64,000 bases of DNA from Mobula hypostoma (Eukaryota), in contig NC_086097.1 in NCBI RefSeq assembly GCF_963921235.1, forward strand, positions 154,878,001 to 154,942,000. The letters run 5' to 3'. Of the stretch, positions 60,083 through 64,000 are shown one piece after another (position 1 is the stretch's first letter; each line of letters opens with the position of its first letter). The position numbers and the translations under genes were made by a program. Below the pieces are notes generated by a model. It made no database searches, was not told where the DNA came from, and saw only the letters and a list, made by a program, of their open reading frames with translations.

Positions 60083-60660
60083 TCGGTTTGGTCACCGGCC
60101 GCTCGACTGTAGTTTTCAGTTGGGCGCTGGACGCTCGGGGAGATTTGGCGGGGGCGGCGGGCGCCCGGCGCTCAGCTGGGGGCCGTCATCGAGTGGTTGG
60201 CGACTTGGGCTGCCTCCCCCACTGACTTAGTCTGGTGAGGAGGGTGTGAGGACACCCAGCAGGACTAAAAAAAACAAGACCTGACAAAGGGCGGATGAGC
60301 TCCTTGTGAGCCAACGGCCATCTTCCATGGAAGAGATTAAAGCCTCACCACGTATCTATGAATTGTATGCTATGCACCTAGTTAGAAGAGATATGATGAA
60401 CTTCGGCACTGCACTGTGTGCCTGGACCTGCCCAAGGCCACTGCCTAAGGAAGGGCCAAGCTCGAAGAAGCGGCCGCGGCTGGAGGCCAACACGGCCTTG
60501 GGCTCGAGTTCGGCGGGGGTGGCGGCGGGCGGTGTCAAGATGGCCAGCAAGAACAAACTGGAGGAGAGGCTGTACTCGGTGCTGTTGCAAGATCGAAGAA
60601 GATGGAGGTGCATAGCCACCAACCCTGGATTTGGGACAGCACCCACTGACTCACTGACTG
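60083..60660 (+). mobile_element. Young non-autonomous RTE-type retroinsertion carrying a captured host exon fragment
   Basis: 11-bp TSD AACTGTACTGA at 60072-60082 and 60661-60671; (ACTG/ACTC)n tail; 3' end encodes RTE-like QDRRRWR; CpG-rich. Confidence 0.72.
60410..60589 (+). pseudogene. ZFTRAF1: Circularly permuted fragment of a ZFTRAF1/CYHR1-like first coding exon
   Basis: 60410-60439 encodes [10 protein letters not shown] and 60441-60584 encodes ..[19 protein letters not shown]; in ZFTRAF1/CYHR1 (recalled) the order is [21 protein letters not shown]. Confidence 0.8.
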
Positions 60661-61054
60661 AACTGTACTGAAGGGGATGGAGAGGAGTTTCATCAGTTGT
60701 TGCCTGGGATGGCATACTTCAGTTATGACAGACTGGATAGAATGAGTTTTTTTTTTGGTTGAGAGGATCCCTGATAATGTAAACCTCTCCCCATATCAGA
60801 AGGATTTAAAATGAGAGGGGATGGATTTAAGGATGTCTGGAGAGGATCTGAGGAAACTCCATTTTTACACACAGATTCATTGGAATCTGAATGAGAGAGT
60901 GATGGAAACACAAACTCTCCCAACATTGAAATAATATCTAATTGACCACATAAACCATTGGATACAGAAACCTAAACACCAATGCTAGTATATAGGATTA
61001 GTATGGGTGGTTGCTTGATAGTCCGTATATAGATATGACAGGAGAAAGGACTGA

Positions 61055-61215
61055 GGTAAATAAAGAAATTGCTGGAAAAACTCAACAGGTCAGACAACAT
61101 CTGGAGAGAGGAAAAATATTTCAGCTAGATAAACTTCAACCATTTACTGATCTAAAATGCTAACTTCCTTTCTTTCCATAGATACTGCCTGGCCTGCTGA
61201 GTACCTCTGGCATTA
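61055..61215. mobile_element. Degenerate palindromic Penelope-like terminal fragment
   Basis: GCTGGAAAAACTCAACAGGTCAGACAACATCT is the inverted counterpart of AGATACTGCCTGGCCTGCTGAGTACCTCTGGC. Confidence 0.55.
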
Positions 61216-61245
61216 ATTTTTGTTTTTAATTATGAGTCTATATAC

Positions 61246-61369
61246 CTGTGGAATTCCATATTTGTCGATAATTTGCCAAATGTACCAGTCTTCTCTTCGT
61301 GAGGATTTTCGGAACTTAAATGTAGCAACAAAGGCATATTCATCAGGCAGACCTTGAGGAAACACATCT
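61246..61369 (-). CDS. COL22A1: Collagen XXII alpha-1 exon, 124 nt, DVFPQGLPDEYAFVATFKFRKSSRREDWYIWQIIDKYGIPQ (TSPN domain)
   Basis: tctcag acceptor, gtatat donor; 1 nt plus 41 codons; splices in frame to VSIRLDGENK; matches COL22A1 DVFPQGLPDEYAFV..DWYIWQ. Confidence 0.96.
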
Positions 61370-63164
61370 CTGAGATAAAAGAAAGAATAGAAGTTTTTGA
61401 ATGTTCAGCAGGTTTAAGCAGACCCATATGGATCTGGAAGATCACACATTCCATCCAGAGCCTCACAAACTCTTCTATTGTACAGAAATGCTGAAGTCCC
61501 TTATGCTGCCCGTATGAATGCATATGCTTGTAGGTTTTTGTTTCACACAGTTAAACATCTTTCCATATTTGAAACTCAAAGATGAGCAACAGAACATTTC
61601 AAGTTTTACGAGGCACCCTGGTTATAGAGACGGCGGTAACATTTTCACAATGGAGCAATAAATCGACCGTGTTTTTTTTCTGCTTCTGACTACTATATAT
61701 TTTCCCATATTATTGGAATGAGTAAAGACATGATTAGGACCAGGTGTGACAATCCCTTTGATGAAATATGCACCAAAATAAGTGTCAACCCTGAGCTATA
61801 AGGGTCACCTTTACGGAATGTGAAGGAAGCCAAGCAACATAAAATACTATTGCATCAGGGAGACAATCGGTTCAGAAGATAAAGGGGGAGAGAGAGTGAA
61901 ATGAACAAAGGGAAATGAATAACATCTAAAATAATAAGCAGGAGTTTTTCATGGTCAACTTATAGTTTGCTATTTATCTGAATCTGAATTTTCTGTTTTA
62001 TTTAAAATTAGCCTTTGTTGTTGAAGACAGAAGATTTTACTTCTGAAGTAGATAACATTTTTCAGATGTAACCATTGTAAGGCTGAGATCTTCCTGGTTG
62101 ATTCTTGGACTACAATGTTTTCTATGACTAGTTTCCTAACGTTGCCTCCCAACCCCCACTTTTTATACAGCTGGGTCACCTAGGATCACATCTTTAACCC
62201 ATTTTAGTTAGACCACAGCAAGTTACTCTGTATACCAATACGAGTGGTATTGCAGCAAGGCAATAAAAATAAGCTAGCCCAGTGACCCAACCTGAGAATT
62301 AATACAAAAAAAAATTATACAGAGGTAAATCTGGTTAATTCATGAATGGCATGAGAAGTTCTGGCAGATACATCTGTGAATTAGGAACAGATGTCCACCA
62401 CAGAACATTTGATGGTCACTCTGCCCTGAAAATGTTGTTAGTTAGAACAGGGTCATGCATAAATCTGTCAACATAAGATAAGAAATCCTGACAAGCCTGG
62501 CAGCTGGGTGAGTGGAACACTTCTTACAATACCCTACTGTGCTTCAGATGTGTTCTTGTTTATGCTTTCACACATATATTGTAGAGCCACAATTAAACAT
62601 CTGAGCACCTGATAGACTAAGCAGCAGAGTTCATATGGACAGTTATAGTTCAATTAACTGCTATTTTTATCTGTGAGGTAGTGGTTGAGCCAGATGGAGC
62701 TGAATGAGTCACATTTATTTCAGGATGACACTGCCTGACCCATAGACCACAGGGAGCCACCGGAGCCAATAACAGCCCTGGTGTGAGTAGTGGCAAGACT
62801 GAAAACTGACAGTTAACTGCTTAAAAATCTACAAAAATAATGACATGGGCTAAAGTGCGTTAGTTGTCAGGCTGACAGGGGCAACAGTCAAAGGCAATGC
62901 TTATTAGGTTTCAAAATGTATTGTTAAAATGAAGCATGGCACAGATATTTCCACAAGTTTTCCTCAGAACTCATGCCTATTTGGTTTTAAATTGTCATCT
63001 CCCTTGATCTGCCCAAGAGCATAAATAGGAGCAGGAATAGGCCACATCACCTTTCAAGCCTGCTGCTAACTTTCAAAACATTTGGCTGACCTGATCTCAT
63101 TTTCAGCTCCACTTTTCTGTTTATTTAGCAACATACTTGGTTCCCTAATAGTCCATGAAACTTC

Positions 63165-63845
63165 ACTGTGGAAGACAATAGCAGTATGCCAGAAATTCCA
63201 GACTGTCAGGAAACAGAAGTGAGCCTAATTGCTATTGCTAATGTAAAGGTGCTTTTTAAACAGAAAGGTCTGAGGATAGACATATCATCAGGATCATATA
63301 GACTACAGCCCATAGTTCTGAAAGAGATAGCTGAAGAAATTGTGGAGACATTAGTAGTGATCTTTCAAGAATCACTAGATTCTGGAATGATTCAAGAAGA
63401 CTGGAAAATCACAAATGTCACCTAACTCTCACAGAAGGCAGGGAGGCAAAAGACAGGAAATTATAGGCCAGTCAGCCTGATTCAGTAGTTGGGAAGTTGC
63501 CAAGGCACTTGGAGGCACATGACAAAATCGGCAGAAGTCAGCATGGTTTCCTCAAGGGGAATTCTTGTCTGACAAATTTGTTTGAATTCTTTGAGGAAAT
63601 AATTGGCAGGAGTTACAAAGGAGAGTCAGTGGATATTGTTTACTTAGATTTTCAGAAGACCTTTGACAATGTGCCACACATGATGCTGTTTAACAAGTTA
63701 AGAGCCCATGGTATAACAAAAAAGATATCAGCATGGACAGGAGATTAGCTGACTGGCAGAAGGCAAGAGTGGGAATAAAGGGTTTTTTTTTTCCAGTTGG
63801 CTTCCAGTGACCAGTGTTGTTCCACAGGATTCAGCATTTAGTCAG
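63165..63845 (+). mobile_element. Older CR1 RT fragment
   Basis: VLKEIAEEI..EDWKITNVT, SQHGF, YLDFQKTFD. Confidence 0.85.
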
Positions 63846-64000
63846 TGTAGAGTATATAATATTTCAGTAATTTTGGAGTAATAATATAAATATACAGTAT
63901 TGTTTGATTAAGTATTCTTTGTTGTTTACATAATTCATAATGGGTTTTATGTTAAAATATGTGAATAGTATATGTCATATGTGAGCACCTTACTAATGAT
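63846..64000 (+). mobile_element. LTR of the same family as 41693-43441, truncated by the window end
   Basis: TTTCAGTAAT..GATTAAG.ATTCTTTGTTGTTTA.ATAATTCAT..GTGAAT.GTATATGTCAT aligns with both LTRs at 41.7 and 43.3 kb. Confidence 0.72.

Larger units (their letters stand above)
59740..61050 (+). mobile_element. Old decayed CR1 3' portion, split by the 60083-60660 insertion
   Basis: Relics of QMEFN..CE.MHF, KTLV.P.LE.CV and FTQR; the CR1 sequence resumes after the TSD at 60671. Confidence 0.7.

Noticed and set aside
60306..60671. 121-aa ORF as a functional new gene
   Set aside because: It starts at a GTG, fuses retroelement and captured-exon frames, and places the [10 protein letters not shown] part out of frame; no evidence of expression.
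61970..62270. Candidate for the next upstream COL22A1 exon (GFDLMDLF..VVQSTE)
   Set aside because: Only chance similarity (IVVQEST; ACAGAgtaa); no frame matches the expected peptide, so the exon probably lies beyond the window.
1327..63748. The many 60-160 aa ORFs in the six-frame track as host genes
   Set aside because: They are shadow or antisense frames of LINE and Penelope sequence, or random AT-rich ORFs; the real host coding sequence is in short spliced exons mostly missed by the track.

Overview
Vertebrate genomic DNA, probably from a cartilaginous fish (inferred from the CR1/Penelope/Rex1/V-SINE repeat mix only). The window lies inside a minus-strand collagen XXII (COL22A1-type) gene. 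Nine GT-AG coding exons (844 nt over about 52.6 kb) splice in frame and encode the C-terminal part of the TSPN/laminin-G domain, the Cys/Pro linker and the start of the triple helix. The introns are mostly retroelements: several CR1 subfamilies (one full length), Rex1/Babar, L1, a HERO-type RLE LINE, two Penelope-like families with hammerhead ribozymes, Gypsy LTRs, Tc1, Tigger-like and SINEs. Almost all ORFs in the supplied track are transposon fragments or noise. Two observations stand out. (1) A young RTE-type insertion at 60083-60660 carries a ~176-bp piece of a ZFTRAF1/CYHR1-like exon in circularly permuted order, as expected if a small circle had integrated. (2) The HERO 3' UTR (7743-7861) holds a complete hammerhead catalytic core in a non-canonical, pseudoknotted strand order. 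Other points: a Gly->Arg codon in the collagen helix, inverted young LINE pairs bracketing single exons, and several templated captures of local DNA at retroelement junctions. Family and gene assignments come from recognised protein motifs, not database searches.
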